A stretch of 64,000 nt of DNA from Magallana gigas (lineage: Eukaryota). Each line of letters opens with the position of its first letter. Positions within the stretch are counted from its first letter, which is position 1. The position numbers were made by a program, and so were the translations under genes. Below the pieces are notes generated by a model. That model was given only the letters and a program-made list of their open reading frames with translations, was not told the DNA's origin and did no database searches. The stretch covers positions 7,936,001 through 8,000,000 of the forward strand of contig NC_088856.1 in the NCBI RefSeq assembly GCF_963853765.1, given 5' to 3'. Positions 25,045 to 38,722 of the stretch are shown here, in pieces.

Positions 25045-28000
25045 CTAGCGCTTCTTCTTGACATTAAAATATAAATCCCACGCTTTCCTATTTCGAATTT
25101 TACGTGTTATCAAGTGAGTGCAGAACATCATCACGGCACCGTACTTCAAGGCTTCGTACACCACGTATTTCCTCTCCACCCTGCAAAGACAGACAAAGAT
25201 TTCTTATTTATTTAAATAACCAGTAATATTCATTAAAAATAATGATAATATATGACATCATTTACAAAGGGCAAATGCTGTTAGTTCATGTAGGTGATAT
25301 TTATTAACCTGCTTTGTAAATCAATTGACATAATTCTACATGCCAAAATGATAATTTTCCCTTTTATTCATTACAAATTGACAAATCAGGAAGAGAGACA
25401 GACCTTAATTAAATTATATGATACACATGCACACTCTAAACTAAACTTGTAAATTGTAGAAAATTTAAGTATGTCTGAATTTTCTACAATTTAAAGACCT
25501 TAAGTCTTAAGTACAATTTTAAGTCCTTAAGACAATCTCTGGACCCTCAGTCTTACTGAATATACCTTATCTGTTGATAAGATACACCATTAGAAATCAT
25601 AACTTTTGAATTCATTTGTTATGCTGCATATCAAACAGTACATTAGGCTATATATTATTCCATTCAGATGTCGGAGAAAGATAACCCAATCACAGCATAG
25701 TACATAGAACATGTGGATTTATCTTTGAAAAAAAAATAAGTCATGACAGAAAGTAAGAAGTCTTCATAAGAAAAAAAATGTTTATGATTTTTGTTTAAAT
25801 AGATCACAATCAATGTACTTACGTTGTAAGTTTGTCAACATCCAAATCTACAGTGTTCCAGTTGGCTCTGATTCCCTCCAAATGTTCATTTCTTACTATT
25901 CCAACCACCACTGGTGTTTTGTCTGAAATAAAATATGCAAAGACAAGTTTTATTAACAAATTTATTACTGCATACAGGGAAACATTTGCCACCGTTTTAT
26001 TTTTGCCCATTTCGCCTCTTGTTGTCAGCAGGCGAATTTAGGACTTGTTGAATTCCAATATGCCAACTCCTATATCTTTAAACACAGCTGTGTCAGAGGT
26101 AGCAAACACATGAGGAGTTTAGAGGTTTAAAACCAATATCTGTTTATATCAAATAATTAAAAAAATGACACGTTGCTTGAAACCCTTTGTGAGTGGTCAG
26201 TGAGTTACCTGTGGGGGTGGGTTCTGCTGCCTTCTTCAGGGAGTAAGCTAGATATCTATCCCTATCACCGATCAGTACTCTCTTGAACGCTGGTAAGGAG
26301 TCAAACTCCCTCTCCATGGCCTGCTCTCTGTGTTCTTTATCCAATTCTAGTTCATGCTCTTCTGCAGGACTGTGGGTATAGATAAGGCAAAACAGGAGAT
26401 CAAAAATAGGTGCACGTTGATAAAAAACTATATTTGATATGGTCCAAATTTTTTTTAATAACTGCCCCCAATTTTAACCAATTTTTAAATAGTATCCTAT
26501 AAAATTTAAATCTTCATATATCATTTTACACAGGATGCCTATCACTTTAATCTTGATATTAGTAATCATTGTCCATTAGCTGTTAATCTATGATTCATTT
26601 AAATGAGCAAACAAATGAAAATATTGTCATTTTTTCTTTATACATGTATATGCAGATGGAGGTAAAGAGCGCAGGTCTGCCGAAATACAATTTTTACATA
26701 TGGTTTTGTTTGTATAATTATTCACATTATACTTAAAATGGGTACTTCAGCAAGCATCCGCTCTATGTTTCCCAGTCAAAAAACCATCGGAAAACACCAA
26801 TATTGTGCTCCAAAACATTAATTCATCAAAATATTAAGATCTCATTTCTACATTATGACATCACTGTGGTGATCACCTTTTGCATACTTATTTCCCATAT
26901 AGATTTCAACTATCTTCCACGTTATTTTTAAAACTCTTTAGAAAACTTTAATATTGGTGGCAAGAAATGCATAATACCGCATGCATAGTCCTTTTACTGC
27001 CATAGTTTTAAGTTTAAAATACAGTTATTCCCCTTTGCAAACCTTGCAATAGATTGAGTAAATTAGAATTCATTCTTCAGCAATGATATCAGTAACAATA
27101 CCTACTCTTTCAGTTCTTTCTTTTGTCTCTGGTACAATCTCCTGGCGTATGTGAATTTCTCCCTGAGGCTGGGAACTCCCCAGGTTCTATAGACAACAGC
27201 TTCATGTGGTAAATCAGCCAGGTGAAGTCTGCAGTCGGGAATCTTCTTCCTCTGTTACATAATATATTGTCAATATCAGAATTATTCTGTGTTAAAACCT
27301 TTTCCTGTACTTTAATATACCGTTGGCAGGTATTTGAGAATAAGGAAAGATTTTCTTTATAATTTTATATTTATACAGTAAAACTCGGCTATAGCGAAGT
27401 CCTAGGAACTAGTGGGTTTATTTCGTTATATCTGTTATTCGTTATATCCGATACCTTTAACAATCAGATTGTGAATTGAAAAATTTATATAAAATTAAAT
27501 TCATTCAAACTTTTATGTTAAATGGTAGTGACAACTTTTTAAACTGTAAAAAAATTCGTTATAAAAGTGTTTAATTTCGTAATCATTCACCTCTTCAGGA
27601 CTCAAAATAAGTTCGCTATATCATTAAATTTGTTATATACGAATTCGTTATAACCGTAATATTTCGCAAAGATTTGTGAAGAATTTTACCGAAGAATAAA
27701 AAAAACTTTGCTATATCCGAGACAGATCAGATATCCTAAGATAAAATTACAGAAAATAATAATAATACCTGAAGTTTGTATAATATTTCCCGAAACAGCC
27801 AAGTCTATCAGGGAATCTCACCTCATTATAAGCTTGTCTAAAGTCTGCATCAGGGGCTAGTCCTGTCTCCTTTGACTGTAGAGTCATCTGTTTATACAGC
27901 ATAGCTGCTACAAGTCCATCCTAAAATATAAACATTACTTGAAAATTTTTTAAAGAATTTAACCAAGTAATTTCTCTTTTGATTTCCATAACTTTCATTT

Positions 28001-29891
28001 TCCAGTTAAACTTTTGGTTTATCAGTCAAATTTGACCGGTACAAATGTGAAAGGGTTAATGACATGTGAGCAAAAAAAGGCTGAGAAAATATATGCAATA
28101 TGTGTAACAAAACAGCTTACCCCAAAAACTGTCATACAGAACACCCACAGGTTCACAGACAATGGAGAAAAATCAAGTTTCTTCAGGGCGTCTTCTTCTT
28201 TAAGTTTGATTTCATCTAATTTAGAAGAACTGCATTGCAAAGAAACTACACTTGGACGCAGTTGTTGTATAATCTAAACGTCGAGAGAAACAAAAAAATA
28301 ATGATCACAAAACGGTTGCATTGCATATGTTTATGAAATAGCTACATAATTTAATGTGTAAATTAAAATTAATGCAAAGAGAATATAAATCAAAAAGTTT
28401 TTGTAATACCATATTTAGTTATCAAAATTTATTTCTTGAGAATACTGGCCTTTTGATGAAGATTATCTTTCATGAATGTAACATAAAAATGAAGAAAAGT
28501 GTGTCTTGGACATTTAAACAGTGTACCAGTATTGAATGGTACAATTTGCCTTCTCATTTCATACTCGGGACAAAAATTATATGATTAAGTTGAGTCGACA
28601 AAGCTTTTTATTATTTACCTTGGATACATTTAGAAGACATTTTCTACAGAATCCATTGGTTCCCAATACATAGACCTTACTCCCCCACTCTGTTGTCAAC
28701 ACTTCACAGTTCTTTGGTAAAGGTTCTCGATTGATTGACTGAGGAACAGTCTGGTCAGCTGCCTAAAAAAGAAAACAAGCTTATTAATATTATTAATACC
28801 AGTTTGGCGCTTATTTATATCTGAATTCATTAAAATGACCTGGACACAATTTGAAATGCAAAATTTCATTTTTCATTTCTTAAGTTTAAAATGATTTACT
28901 TGAAAATGTGTATTTTGAATTACTGAACAAAATTTGAATGTTAGAAGTCATGTCATAAGCAAGATACAGACCTATGAAATCACTGTTGACATGTGTTATC
29001 AAAACTTGAGTAACAGTGTAATTATTTGTTTACAAATAATGTAAGAAATTACCGGTATGAGTATACATACAATTTCTTTAACAAAATGACTCCTTGCAAA
29101 CAAGACAAACTGAACAATAACAAGACTTGAGCTTAGCAGGTTTACATAACAAAGAATTTCAAACTCTGTATCTACATGTAGCATGCTTGTAACCCAATTT
29201 TTGACTTTCATGTAAAATACCCATACTAAATGGAAAAATGAAAATTTGGAGCCAAAATTGTGTCAATTAGGTCAGAGTTCATAAATCTGTGTGTTTATTT
29301 TATATTTCCTTTTAGTATAGTAGATTATAATGGTTAGTTGATTATCTTTTTTTACTACTCATCTCTATGAAGGTTTACACTAAGATATGTAGAGTTCAAA
29401 ACATAATTTTAAGCAACCATCCACATGTATATCTTCATATTGACATGATATCCTGAATAAATGATGATTTAAGATTTTAGCCAGTCTGTACATTAAATAA
29501 GTACTGTAAGAGGAGTATTACTATGAACTACGGAGATTTATGAACTACTGTTTTACGATTGTTTATGTTAATATAACTTTATAGAATATGATTATCAGAT
29601 TGGTACCAACTGCCAAATGGGAAATCATAAAATAGCCTGTTTGGGCTAAAATACCCCATATAACTACATAGTTCAAAGGATATGCGTACAGTATAATATG
29701 TAAATCATGAAGAAGGGGAGAATGCATATGCACATTACCCCACATGCATGTCCTACCGGCATAACTCGAATTTACTCTGTCGTTATGCAGTAAATATCAG
29801 AATTCAAAGTGAAAACGAGAACTAATAACAAAACTTTAGTTAATGAAACACAGAATGTTAGCACATATACCTTAGATTTCCCGAAAAACAT
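25045..29891 (-). CDS. TRABD: TraB domain-containing protein (TRABD-like, divergent paralogue), 319 aa
   Basis: Minus-strand exons: 29871-29891 (MFFGKSK), 28619-28762, 28121-28273, 27822-27920, 27106-27251, 26209-26369, 25823-25922, 25045-25180; in phase, 960 nt in total. Motifs GSKVYVLGT, GLAPDADFRQAYNE, CRLHLAD, DRDRYLAYSL, PVVVGIV..H.EGIRANW and a hydrophobic C-terminal segment are collinear with human TRABD as recalled. The first exon is less certain. Confidence 0.85.
25968..26095. mobile_element. Fragment of a MITE-like interspersed repeat in a TRABD-like intron
   Basis: tactgcatacagggaaacatttgccaccgttttatttttgcccatttcgcc... resembles a common oyster repeat end (from memory); stops in all frames. 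Confidence 0.4.
27376..27722. mobile_element. Truncated inverted copy of the CAGTAAAA MITE family
   Basis: TA|CAGTAAAACTCGGCTATAGCGAAGTCC aligns with the reverse complement of 3270-3311; homology continues to about 27720. Confidence 0.7.
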
Positions 29892-30162
29892 CTAAAAATG
29901 TAACTTTTGACACTTTTTAGTTGATAACTGTAACAGTAACCTTTTCGGAGTTTTCCGAGTTTTCGTGTAACTGTATGTTTTTGTTTAGAATATTGATGAC
30001 GTCGAGCCCGACAACTTAAACTACATGAAGGATATGCTGTCACTTTCTCGATTTATTCACATGATTCTGTGTGCCTTTTGTGTAAAAGTGAATATTCAAC
30101 GAACATTTTCTTTTTAAATTGTTTAAATTCAACTGATTTTTTTGCGTTCCAGGTCTTTGGGT

Positions 30163-30165
<3 letters not shown>

Positions 30166-30248
<83 letters not shown>
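30166..30248 (+). repeat. (GA)n microsatellite
   Basis: About 41 perfect units just upstream of the TRABD-like gene. Confidence 0.95.
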
Positions 30249-30253
<5 letters not shown>

Positions 30254-30789
30254 ATGATTAGGTGAGCGTCCGTAGCTCAATCTAAGGCTGACTCTATTTT
30301 GGCACAAAAACTTGGTAATTGGTAATCAATGAACATTTAAAGTTTGGTCTGTTTAAATGACAGTTTGAGTTTTTACCGATCATCACATTTCTTTCTGTTA
30401 CCATCGAGACGCTTATTATCAATTCAGCAGTTGAATCATATAAACTCTTAGTGCAATTGGTTCATAAAACCACCAATGAATGTAATAGTACCAATTAAGA
30501 TGTAAGAAATACACCAATGCACGAAATGAACTGTTTTCAAACCTTTTAAATTTAAATCAAATTAACATTATTAATTGTCATCTAAATTTTGTGGGGAGAT
30601 GTATCTCTGTAAATTTAAACCAACGTTTTTTTTAGCTGTTTAAAGATCAGAGTTTCCAGTCTTACTGTCTAGACCAAATTCAAACAGAACTGTTCATAAA
30701 TACATGTGCGTATGTTTAATAATTTAACCACTCTAGTAATATCCATTTCTATGTACTTTCCATTCTATACTACTATACATTGGTAAATT

Positions 30790-30873
30790 GTCATACTTCG
30801 TAAGAACCTCGTAAGTTGTTAGATCTTGTGTTCGAACCATTTGTATCTGTTTATGCAATAAAATATGTTCAAA
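30790..30873 (+). mobile_element. Short 3' tail of a CR1/L2-type LINE
   Basis: gtaagaacctcgtaagttgttagatcttgtgttcgaacc...caataaaatatgttcaaac shares the LINE terminal motif seen at 32940-32960. Confidence 0.45.
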
Positions 30874-31902
30874 CCAAGTGCAATTGATCATAACTGTTAG
30901 TGATTTATATGTATATTTTTTTCTGCAAAGTTTACTACAACTAACTTTTTTATGTCATGCACTGATGCGATATAACATCACTTGACGGGATATATCTCAA
31001 CTTGATCTCTATTCAACCAATCTATTCAACAGATTCTAGATTCAACAGCTTTTTTTGATTGCAAGTAAAATTTTCAATACGTAAACTTACATAAACATGA
31101 TTTGTAAAAATTAGATAAAATCTATAAATCAAATAAACCAGAGACAGAAATATATCGGATAATGACATTTATGTTAATTTTTTTTTTACATACTTGTATT
31201 TGCATATGATCCGTTTTTTCACCCCCCCCCCCCCCAACCCATAAAAGTATAATCATATAATTTGAAGTAATTCAAAGCTTCATTTTTGTTAAATTTTCAA
31301 CAATTCAATAAAACTTATTCATTCTTTGGTTAAAATGTCGATGCAACTTCCTCCATAGAACTTCCGATGTAATAAATCAATTATCTCCAAATTCTTATAT
31401 GGGTTAAAGGGAAGTATATTAACATGCATGGGGGTTCCCTGAAATTTGTTGCCCTTTCCAAATATAATCGTAAGCATCAATTTTGTCAATAAAAACCCAG
31501 ACTCTTGCATTTCCGTATTACCCCTCTGACTACATAACACAAATATCATATATGAATCTCGGATTATTGGACGGTTGTAAATGCCTGTATATTGGGGGCT
31601 TTGCTTGTCTAAGTTCTACCATTTCCTTCTTGAAGTAGCCACTTTATATTAATGATCAAACAAACGAGTGCAACACCAATCATTGAATATCGTCGGATAC
31701 CGATATTTCGTTCATGTCTAGAAGGTCGCGGGACATCCCCTCTTTTTTGAGTTCTAGAAAATGCTATCATATCTTTCTGGTTTTTCCAATTAGTCAAAGA
31801 TTTCCGTGTGTGCACGTACATTTACACACGGAATTTGCAACAATAGGAATTTTTTGTTTTTCCTTCATATTTTATTTCACATGGAAATAGATACGCTGAA
31901 TA

Positions 31903-32960
31903 TTAGGCTTAAGAATCAATTCCTCTAGAACAAAGTTGTATTATGAATTGGGATGGGATATGTTATCAGAAAGAAGAAAAGTGCACAAGTTAATTTTGTT
32001 TTATAAGATGGTAAACCACATGGTACCTACTTACCTTGAAAATCTTTTAGAACCATGTATTCCACCTATAACCCCATATCCTTTAAGAAATCATGATGAA
32101 TCTACTTACACTATCCCTCAAGCCAGAACAACATCTTATTTAAAAAGTTTCATACCATCTACAGTTAAGCTATGGAATGATCTTCCACTAGCTATTAGAA
32201 GTCTTCCAAAGTTGGCTTGCTTTTCAAATGCTATTAAGAAATATTTTTTTAAGACTCCAACAAAACCTTTTTAATTTAGGGAATCGGAGGGAAAACATTA
32301 TACATTGTCAACTAAGAAATAATGCTAGCAGTTTAAATGCTGACTTATTTTGTGATTTTATTCGAGAAAATTCTGTTTGTGATTATTGTGGTTTTCATAC
32401 TGAAAATGCAAATCATTTTTTCTTTGAGTGCCCAAAATATAATGATGAAAGAAATTGTTTCTTTCATCAAATATCTATGTTAAATCTCCAAAAACCAATT
32501 ACCTTAGATCTATTACTGTATGGAGATAATGATGTTTCATATGATGAAAATGTTAAATTGTTCAAGCTTGTACATGAATACATTAAAAAATCCAGAAGAT
32601 TTGTGTAAAGAAAATAATGTAATTAACACATATACTGAAAATGTAAACAAAATTATGCATATACCTATATTTATATATATATATGCTGTAACCTTATTGA
32701 CAAAACTTGATAATTCTGTTCTACTTTTGTTATAACCGGTTTTGTCAATTTTATCTTTTTTTCCCCCTCTTTTTTTCTTTTGTTCACTTTGCTACACAAA
32801 AAAAATCATGTATTCTTAATTGTATCATTTAACTCCACAATTCTTGTATTTTATACATATGACTACCTTGTACCTAGTGGAGAAGGCTTAAATAGGCTTT
32901 GCCTGCTGCCCAATCCTATTATGTAAATATTATTTTGCATAATAAAATATGTTCAAATCT
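31903..32960 (+). mobile_element. 5'-truncated CR1/L2-clade non-LTR retrotransposon (ORF2 C-terminus plus 3' UTR), frameshifted
   Basis: LGLRINSSRTKLYYELGWDMLSERRKVHKLILFYKM...SFIPSTVKLWNDLP, a frameshift near 32270, then GNRRENIIHCQLRNNASSLNADLF...CDYCGFHTENANHFFFECPKY (Cys/His motif). 3' UTR ends aataaaatatgttcaaa. Confidence 0.85.
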
Positions 32961-35164
32961 AGAATATCTGCATAGCTTCATTGTCTAAAATATTGGTGCA
33001 ACAACAGAAACCATTTGTTTTTATCGTCACACCCCGTACATATTAAGGAAGGAGTCTTTTCTGGTTATTGACTTGTCAGACGTAAATTTAATTAATTGTT
33101 CATTAAATCAAGATGAAAGGAAATTAAAATAGGATATTTTTCTTTCTTTTTTATTATCATACAACTTGGCATAGAAAAAGTAATCAATGTTAAGAATCTA
33201 ACAAGGACTATATTTTTGGCGTAATATTGGCGTAGGAAAATATCACATGTTTCGCAATTCAGAATTGCTGCAGATTAATGGGTCTGTTTTAGCATTTTAA
33301 AAACAATAACAATAATGTGTGATTTTTTCACTAATGTAAACTAATGATATGATACTTGGGTTTCGGAATATGCTTTTAAAATATGATTTGCCTATCAAAT
33401 TATATTTTATAAGCTTTGTAATGCGCCCATTCTATACATTGATGTTTGTGAAAAAAGCACTAAAATAAGTTTTTCTCTCTTATAAAATGGTCAATATATT
33501 AGCTTTTCTGTCAATTTATATCTTTATATAAAACCTTCATTATACATAAAAATCAGAAATATTTTGTTATTGGAAGCATAAAAAAATAATCAAAATTTCT
33601 TCAAAATTTAAGAAATTTAGAGGAAATGCGGGCTACGCAATATAAATATAAGAATAGAAATTAATTCCAATTTAGTAGTATAAGCTAATAGACACTCTTA
33701 TATTCTATCATTTCATTGAAGAATAAAATCTTCAAATCTTAAACAAATGTCTACAAAACAACAAAGAGCTACCCTTATTTCTATCATCTTTAACTTTAAG
33801 GAAAAAAGGTAGTGACCTTGACCTGACCTTTATGCGAAAACAAAAAGGTCAAATTTGATTAAACTGATAAAATCATTTGGTAATATGATCCGTTTGACTG
33901 TGTCAAAATTTCATGAATTTCTTATTATAAGAAGTATTTGATAATGAGAAGACTCCTTCCTTAAGACCACCACCAACAATTACAGAAGTTAAAATCTAAA
34001 ATCAAGAAACGTTAAAAACTAGCCCGATTCTACATTTATGAAATAGACTTCAACCTCGTGGTATTATTATTTTTTATTTTTTAATACGTAGAGATCTATA
34101 TTTAAAAGACAATATCGTTCACAATCTACTTCCTCTTTGCCAGGTCGAACCAAGCTTAATTTTTGGAGGTCAAATATTCCCTCCAAAATAGGAGGAAAGA
34201 TGCTCACCCAAAAGGTGATCTGAAATATCAGTGCCGTTTCTGTTCATTTTGATACGAATTGTTGCACTGATCAGATGATTGTAATGAAATTAATTTGTAC
34301 CGTATGGATCTAAACTTTGAACTTTTGAATCAGTCAAAAAGTATTCCGGGATGCTTCAGGAAAAGTTTGAAAGAAACGCAAAAGGTTGTCGGTATTTGCC
34401 ATGAAAAAAAAAAACAACAATTGTTTTTTTTCTTAAGAATGAGACTCATCGAAAAATACAGCTTATATATTTAATTTTAAAATTTTTTGGATTAGGATGA
34501 GTTACATCGTACTTAAAAGAATCCAAAATTAAGATAATTAAATGATTGTTAAAAATACAACATTTATTAACAGCTTATTAAAAATTTCTATTTCTAAGAA
34601 CGTCATGAAATGCATCGTTTTTAATACATATAAGACCCGCCCTCTATTAAAAACTAGTATTTTATGACGCCTTTGTTCTCCGCTGTCCAATCTTCATAAA
34701 TAGAGTGATTGTAAATTAAAAGTCTCACCAGTTTGTAAAACAAAATTTGTATTTAAACTCACTTTGAAATCTGATCTTTCATTTATGACATTGAACTAGG
34801 GGCAATATATATTGTGAAATATCAACCAACTGCCACTGAAGGGAATACCACTGAAGGTATATATTTTGACATATGTTAATTTAATTCTAGGTTTAATCGG
34901 ACACTATTTGACACTACAACTATTCTATTAGTTGATATTTTGTAGAAGAAGGTTTTGTAATCCAAAGTTGTTTGCACAGACATTATTATTCAACTTAATT
35001 GAAAAATATAAGTGTACTGTGACCATCAATATTGTTTGATTTATTCAATATTTTTTTTTACTCAGTTTTCGTGATTTCATGGGTCATTTCAACCACGACT
35101 TAACCATCTTATTAATTTTATAAAAAGTATATTTTGATTCCATGTTTATTATTTATTTAAGAAA

Positions 35165-35708
35165 TAAAAACAACGTTATTTAGTGAACATGGCGTTATGA
35201 ATAGCAATTGCTCTGTTGGCATATTCCATGATGCGCGCTAGCGCATCATGGAAAATATGCCAGCAGAGCAGTTGCTGTTCATAACGCCATGTTCACTAAA
35301 TAATCGTTGTTTATTACTTATATTTGCATTTTACCACTCGCAAATGCCCTGTATTAGCCTAGACCTTGACAGTTAGCTATTACATCAAAAATAAACATTC
35401 AGACTGTAATGTATTTTAATTCACATAGATTTTTTAACAGAATCAATGGTATGTTATAACAGTAAATCTTTTAAAATGTTATTATAAGACAGGTTTTGAT
35501 ATTAAATACATCAATTTTATGGAGTTGGAGAAAAAAAACACATGATGTATCGTATAGTGGTTTAAATCTATAACGTCATGGAAAAGTATATGACGTCAGA
35601 CCTTTATGACGTCATAGTATACAGACGGAGCAATTGCGATTATAGAAAAATAATTGCAGTTCCTCCCTATGGACTTACAGTGGGAAAGAACAATGCATAT
35701 GCAAATAT
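35165..35708. mobile_element. Bipartite palindromic element: about 150-bp hairpin plus TIR-bounded module
   Basis: Arms 35165-35236 and 35241-35315 around a GCTA loop; then tatatttgcat (about 35319) ... atgcaaatatt (about 35699-35709). Confidence 0.6.
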
Positions 35709-35709
35709 T

Positions 35710-36077
35710 TAAGAAATGAACTCAATGTCTACCCAAGTTATACTCGTATAACCTGGGTTGGGGCAATTTACGCTTTATAATCCGCGAAGCGGATTATAAA
35801 AAAGCGTAAATTGCTCCAACCCAGGTTATACGAGTATAACTTGGATAGATATTGAGTTCATTCCTTATAATTTAATTTTCTGGAATTTGCTGTACAAATT
35901 GAGTCCGTTTTACTTTTAAAAATGATATAAATCTGTTCAAAATTCAAACGTAACGTCAAGTGAATTAGTACGTTGGTGCATTGTGACGTGTCTTATGACG
36001 TGCAAACCAGGTTATACAAATTTAACTAAATTTTTCTATCCAATCAAATGCCGCGTTACAACCAGAATTAAATTATA
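35710..36077. mobile_element. Second bipartite palindromic element: about 158-bp hairpin with GCGAAGC tip plus TIR-bounded module
   Basis: Arms 35710-35785 and 35789-35867 around a GAA loop; module bounded by ataatttaattttctgg (35867-35883) and ccagaattaaattata (36062-36077). Confidence 0.7.
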
Positions 36078-37439
36078 TGAATATATCCGAAAAACTGCGT
36101 TCAAATGAACATGTAAAATGTAAAAATCCGTGAAAATTACATAAAATCCACCATATGTATCTTTGGATGTTAGGACTTGACCTAGGTGGTTAGCATACTT
36201 TGTACGTTGTACTGATATTACTGTTGATGTAAGCTGTTGCATTAATAAATACATGTACCGCTGTACTATCATCGTGTGAAATGTTCCCATTGGACAAGAC
36301 ACCTTTTCCCGTTGAGTGACTTTGATCTGGACACCCTTAATTGACTCATAGTTTATCTTAGTAATCCGTTAATTGAAATAACTCTTTATATTACTTTTCT
36401 GTTATTTTCTATTGTTAAAAATGTTTTGTTATCTTTATGTTATTGGTTGCCATGTTCGGCAGTTGGAGAGCGACGGTAAAGGCGCTGCTCGTACCACCGA
36501 CTCCCGACCTCGCGGAATATTGTAGTAAGTTTGTGGAGTTTTAATAAATCTTGCAAAACGTATACCGATCGACTTGTACATTTTCCGCGGGTCACAGTAC
36601 CGTGGTCCAAGGAATTGTCCCGGCAGACTGGTCCTACATATATCTCGCTTTCAGAAATCTGCAAATGTCTTGGTCGAAAGTGTCAAAAATCAACCTAAAC
36701 AGATTCTGCATGATTGTTCCGGAACACGACATGAACAATAATATCATTAACGAAAATGATTATAATTTAAATTGTGTGTGTGATAACTTTGCGTATCTCT
36801 TCATTTTCAGGTGCATAATAAAAGTGTGTTCTTATATGAAATTAACATTATATGTAATGTGTTAGTTCAGAAAGAGTGATTTTAGGAATTGGATAGGGTA
36901 AAATGCTAAAATGGAGCCTACGCGTCATCGTTTCTCGGTATTTTAAACTATGCATAAAGCCAAAAAATAAGTACGATTTGCTCAGTTATTCGAGGCGGCG
37001 ATGGATTTTTGAATAGGAATTTATTGATAGAGCAATTAGAGAAACATATGACAATTTTTAAAGTGTTATTTCTTTAAAAATTTATTTTTACTAGCGAATA
37101 TATATAAATCACAATATTCCAATTTTTTTTGAGAGAAAAAAAACATCAACTGTGATATTAACCTTAGAACAAACAACGAGGTAAACATTTCTTTATATTT
37201 CACTATTTTGTGACATTTTGAAAATAGTTTGCACGTATATGGAAGAAAAAAGAAAATGCAAACAAATATAGGAAAAAAACTTGAAAATTAAGCACATTTT
37301 AACAAAGTCGCAGAGTTTTCCAAAGTAAAAAGAAATAACTTGTTTATTATCTTAAAATAAATGATACAGTTTTGAAACTACATGCAAAAAATTTCATCAA
37401 AATTTATTCAGTAGAAAAAAAAAATAGACTCGACTTCGT

Positions 37440-38160
37440 TTAAAGTTTTGGAGAAACGTACACACACCAGACTGAGCGAATCTTCATTAATTTTCAAACC
37501 ATATATATGATATTGGAAAACTATGGATTAAATTTGTAACTGATGGTTGTATCTTTATTTACGTAGTATCTATTAGATTGTTGTTTATAAAAGTTTTATG
37601 AATCCTTCGTTTATTTGAACAGATATACTTGACCTTTCTCAGTCAATGAAGGCTTTGTATTGCACGCCACCTAGCGGTGTTTTTGCAAAGTTGACAGTTC
37701 GTTCAATATCTAACGTAGTCTATTTGATGTTAGGTTGAAAGTTCATTATCGTTCTGGGCTGAAACTTGATTCATTATCTTAATGTTGACAAAACTTCACT
37801 ATTGTATTTTTAGCTTGATCGAATATAAAAAATGAACAAAACTAGAAAGGCTTGTAATTTATGTTTTCATTTGTTTAGATATTTAGGTTTAAAATAGTTT
37901 TATTTTAAGCTAATAAAATGTGTTAGTTAATCATAAACACAAGAAAACTGGGATCAACCTTTTTTTTCAATCGTATGTTTGTTAAAAAAGTTAAAGCGTA
38001 GCAAGAACCCCCCACCCCCCCCCCCCCCCCCGGAAAAAATCCACTTCGCCCTAATTTTTTGTTTTCCAGTTAAGTTTTGCTTCTTGTTTTTATATACATA
38101 ATTATGTTCAAAGTATCTTCCTTTTGAAATTATATTTGCCTGTCATGTATGATATTACAA
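37440..38160 (+). repeat. Relic third copy of the TLR 5' intron sequence
   Basis: tttggagaaacgtacacacacca (about 37447) also occurs at about 39434 and 51788; cacgccacctagcg (about 37663) matches about 51999; ccccc...aaaaaatccac.tcgccct (about 38030) matches about 39580 and 52530. Confidence 0.65.
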
Positions 38161-38643
38161 TAACAAAATTTGAGTTTAAACAATATTTTATTTCAAAATA
38201 AAATAGGGTCGGACAGCAGGCATGGCCTATTTTGTCCTCTCCTTACAAACAAGATTATAATAACATTGTGTAATTAGATTAATAATACAAGTATGGTGCA
38301 CGAAAATATACGATGTTTAAACAGAAGATGCATATACAACAAGAATTGAATGACAAAGGAAAAGTACAAAAAAGAGGAAATAATGAAGAATTTAAGAAAA
38401 TAGACAAAAAAAATTAAAGAGGTAATAAAATAAACCCACAACACAATTCATTGTCTTTTGTTATACTCTAATAAAATACTTTTACATATTGATATCATTT
38501 ATCTGTGTACAAGCAGCATCAAAATAGAGAAATATTTGTTTATTAACAGTAAAGTTACATTGGTTACTTATTTCTACAGATAATGGTATGATTAAATTGT
38601 GTACAGTATCATTACTTATTTGGTTTGCTACTGACTGACTACA

Positions 38644-38645
<2 letters not shown>

Positions 38646-38675
<30 letters not shown>

Positions 38676-38722
38676 ACGAGGCGAAGCCGAGCCGTGTATG
38701 AGAATGATCAACCCAATATATT
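38646..38722. repeat. Palindromic element with GAGGCGAAGCCGAG centre
   Basis: atatattgggttgatca.tctcata / tatgaga.tgatcaacccaatatat arms around GGC-GAA-GCC. Confidence 0.65.

Noticed and set aside
25925-26139. ORF-track extension MGKNKTVANV... as part of the TRABD-like gene
   Set aside because: Intronic and overlapping a repeat fragment; the true exon starts at 25922 after an atttcag acceptor, and the upstream region has stops in all frames.
29858-30043. Basic, acid-free 61-aa ORF resembling a mitochondrial presequence
   Set aside because: Starts with GTG, and its donor phase (2) does not match the next exon (phase 0); the ATG at 29891 in another frame fits.
31319-31821. Coding-like minus-strand fragments (KEGMSRDLLDMNE..., PFNPYKNLEIIDLLHRKF)
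   Set aside because: Interrupted by several stops and not assignable to any family by eye; would need TBLASTX.
36551-36865. 104-aa ORF with MSWSKVSK, echoed by MSWSRVTR at about 45401
   Set aside because: Similarity covers only about 60 bp, the two copies do not stay in a shared open frame, and it is explained by the segmental duplication.
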